From: an uncultured Thermoleophilia bacterium
GTDB taxonomy: Bacteria; Actinomycetota; Thermoleophilia; UBA2241
NCBI GenBank assembly: GCA_963767505.1
Contig: CAVYDV010000008.1
Span: 166,937 to 230,936 of the forward strand
Reading direction: 5' to 3'
Length of the DNA stretch: 64,000 nucleotides
A program made the position numbers and the translations under genes. The notes beneath the pieces were generated by a model. The model was not told the origin of the DNA. It did not search any database and saw only the letters and a list, made by a program, of their open reading frames with translations. Each line of letters opens with the position of its first letter. The stretch's first letter is position 1. Of this stretch, positions 62,416 through 64,000 are shown piece after piece.

Positions 62416-63805
62416 TTGGAGGCCAGCGTCCCTACTCGCATGGGCGACGGATCGCTCATCGAGATGACTCGCTCCGAGATCCGGGCCGATCTCGAGGCGG
62501 GCACGCAGATAGCGGCCAAGAAGGCCAAGGTCCCGGAGCTCACGCAGGACGAACTCGACCATCTTCTCGAGATCTACGGGTCGTCGGCACGCTTCACGGC
62601 TGTGGACATCGGCGACGAGGTCGTCCTGTCCAACGACGGTACCGGGCTCCAAGCACATCGGCAATCGCGTGCAGGACCTGCAGTCGTACGAGGCGCTGAT
62701 CGGTGTCGACATCGTCGAGCTCTGGCAGATCGACTACTCCTACAAGGCCATCAAGACCAACGTGGCCCACGAGGGGCAGTCGATGAAGATCGCCCAGGCC
62801 CTGCTCACCAATCCGGTCCAGTACGGGGCGATGCCCGACCTGGGCCGCTACTCGACGCCGGACGGCCCTATCCCGAACTGGTCGGAGCTCCTGCCCCTGG
62901 GCAAGATCGACGAGGCCCGGCAGGCGCAGGAAGAGGCTGCCGCGATGCTCGTCGACGACATCAACTTCGTCGCCGACCACCTGGTCGCCGCGGGCGCCGA
63001 CGGCATCGATTTCGACACGACCGGAGCGGCCGGCGACGCCGACTTCCTCGCCGGCCTCGAAGCGTGCCGCATGTTGCGCGAGAAGTACCCCTGGCTGGGC
63101 ATCGAGATCGGCATGGCCAGCGAGTTCGTGCTCGGCATGCACGGCCAGCTCACCTTCGACGGCGAGCGTCTGGCCGGCATGTGGCCCAAGGACCAGTTGC
63201 GCATGGTGCAGGCGGCCGGCGCCAGCATCTACGGGCCGGCCGTCAACATCAACACGGGCAAGTCGACCGCCTGGAACATCGCCCGCGCCATCACGTTCAT
63301 CAAGCCGGCCATGGAGATCGCCGAGATCCCCGTCCACGTGAACGTGGGCATGGGCGTCGGCGGCGTGCCGACGTGCGTCTACCCGCCGGCCGACGCCACC
63401 TCGCGAGCCTCCAAGGCCTTCGTCGAGATCCTCAAGATCGACGGCTACTAGGCGGGCACCGGCGACTCCCTTGGTATGGAGTCTGCTCACACGCAGGCTT
63501 CGGGCATGGGCGGGATGCGAGCGGCTGGAGATCTGGTCGCACGTATGCAAATGACCCGGAGGATGCGTCTCAAGGAAGCGAAGCAGTACGTGGCCGACAA
63601 GCTCGGCTGCGGCACGCGAGACCTCAGCGACCCCGTGGCGATGGAGCAGATCCGCATCGAGAAGGGGCTGGGGATCCTGCCGTTCACCTCGTCGGTGCGC
63701 CCCGACGACGCGGGCATGATGGAGGCCAAGTTCAACATCGCGCGGACGCTCGACATCCCCATCAACTGCGTCGAGCGCTTCAAGGCCCGCGCCGGATTGG
63801 CGTAA
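62416..63805 (+). CDS. mtbB: Dimethylamine:corrinoid methyltransferase (MtbB family) with one in-frame TAG (candidate pyrrolysine codon) and one apparent 1-nt indel near 62644
   Basis: The N-terminus is in track ORF 62257..63879. A TTG at 62416 has GGAGG 8 nt upstream and gives (M)EASVPTRMGDGSLIEMTRSEI... The core is ORF 62669..63451 (GAMPDLGRYSTPDGP, DFDTTGAAGD, GMGVGG). ORF 63476..63805 ([13 protein letters not shown]...) is in the same frame. The only interruption is TAG 63449-63451, and the 24 nt after it are open. The stop is TAA at 63803-63805. Confidence 0.85.
63449..63451 (+). other. In-frame UAG inside the mtbB frame (candidate Pyl codon)
   Basis: ...atc gac ggc tac TAG gcg ggc acc ggc gac tcc ctt ggt atg gag... 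reads ...[17 protein letters not shown]..., with family similarity on both sides. Confidence 0.7.
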
Positions 63806-63814
63806 GGAGGGACC

Positions 63815-64000
63815 CTACTCGAGCAGCATGCGGTCGACGGCGAAGGCCTCGCCGGCGACCGCATGGAACTTCTCGATGAGCGCCGCCACGGTGAGCGTCT
63901 TCTTGTGTTCGGCGCCCACGTCGAGCACGACGCGTCCGCCGTGCATCATGATGAGCCGGTCGCCGTAGCGCAGCGCCAGCTCCATGTTGTGTGTGACCAT
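63815..64000 (-). CDS. ABC-transporter ATP-binding protein, C-terminal 61 codons; gene continues beyond the right edge
   Basis: Track ORF 63815..64000(-) reads ..VTHNMELALRYGDRLIMMHGGRVVLDV.., the H-loop region of an ABC ATPase. The Met at the window edge is not the true start. Confidence 0.7.
   Translation of the reverse strand: MVTHNMELALRYGDRLIMMHGGRVVLDVGAEHKKTLTVAALIEKFHAVAGEAFAVDRMLLE

Noticed and set aside
62669-63805. Treating 62669..63451 and 63476..63805 as two separate genes, or as a gene truncated by a nonsense mutation.
   Set aside because: Both pieces are in the same frame. The 24 nt between the TAG and the second ATG are open. The family similarity is continuous across the TAG. 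The second piece has no SD sequence of its own. This gene family is known to carry one in-frame UAG. A truncation remains the fallback if no pyl genes exist in the genome.

Overview
High-GC (about two-thirds G+C by eye) 64-kb chromosomal window. Its gene order is typical of Actinomycetota: fhaA-fhaB-pstP-rodA-pbpA-pknB, an anti-sigma antagonist followed by topA-tmk-holB-ricT, dnaK-hsp20-grpE-dnaJ-hspR-clpB, and an ino1 / PIP-synthase / pimA inositol-lipid locus. Four tRNAs are present (Ser-UGA, Leu-CAG, Lys-CUU, Thr-UGU). I saw no rRNA, CRISPR array or intact mobile element. Two features do not fit a standard aerobic actinobacterium. (1) The left edge carries an anaerobic Ni-CODH/acetyl-CoA synthase operon (HMA-like gene, cooS/acsA, acsB). 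(2) The right edge carries a dimethylamine methyltransferase (MtbB-type) gene whose frame is interrupted only by one in-frame TAG (63449-63451), at the place where this family carries pyrrolysine. This is the most interesting signal in the window. No pylTSBCD genes are visible here, and TAG is otherwise a common stop codon. Other items worth a second look:
- a PimA::PHP-phosphoesterase fusion next to PIP synthase, Ino1 and a PAP2 protein, a candidate for the unassigned PIP phosphatase step
- an HMA-fold protein without the CxxC motif leading the cooS operon
- a decayed integrase / gene-fragment scar after tRNA-Lys
- a possible GxGD-type membrane protease
- a three-fold GATATGA motif in the dnaK leader
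Major caveat: roughly 40-50 apparent 1-nt frame changes (manual count) break about 28 genes, including essential ones (ligA, topA, holB, rodA, pbpA, clpB), while several 5-kb blocks are clean. I read these as assembly indel errors and rebuilt the genes across the ORF-track fragments, so ends and junctions of those genes are approximate. All family calls come from my own recognition of motifs; no searches were run.
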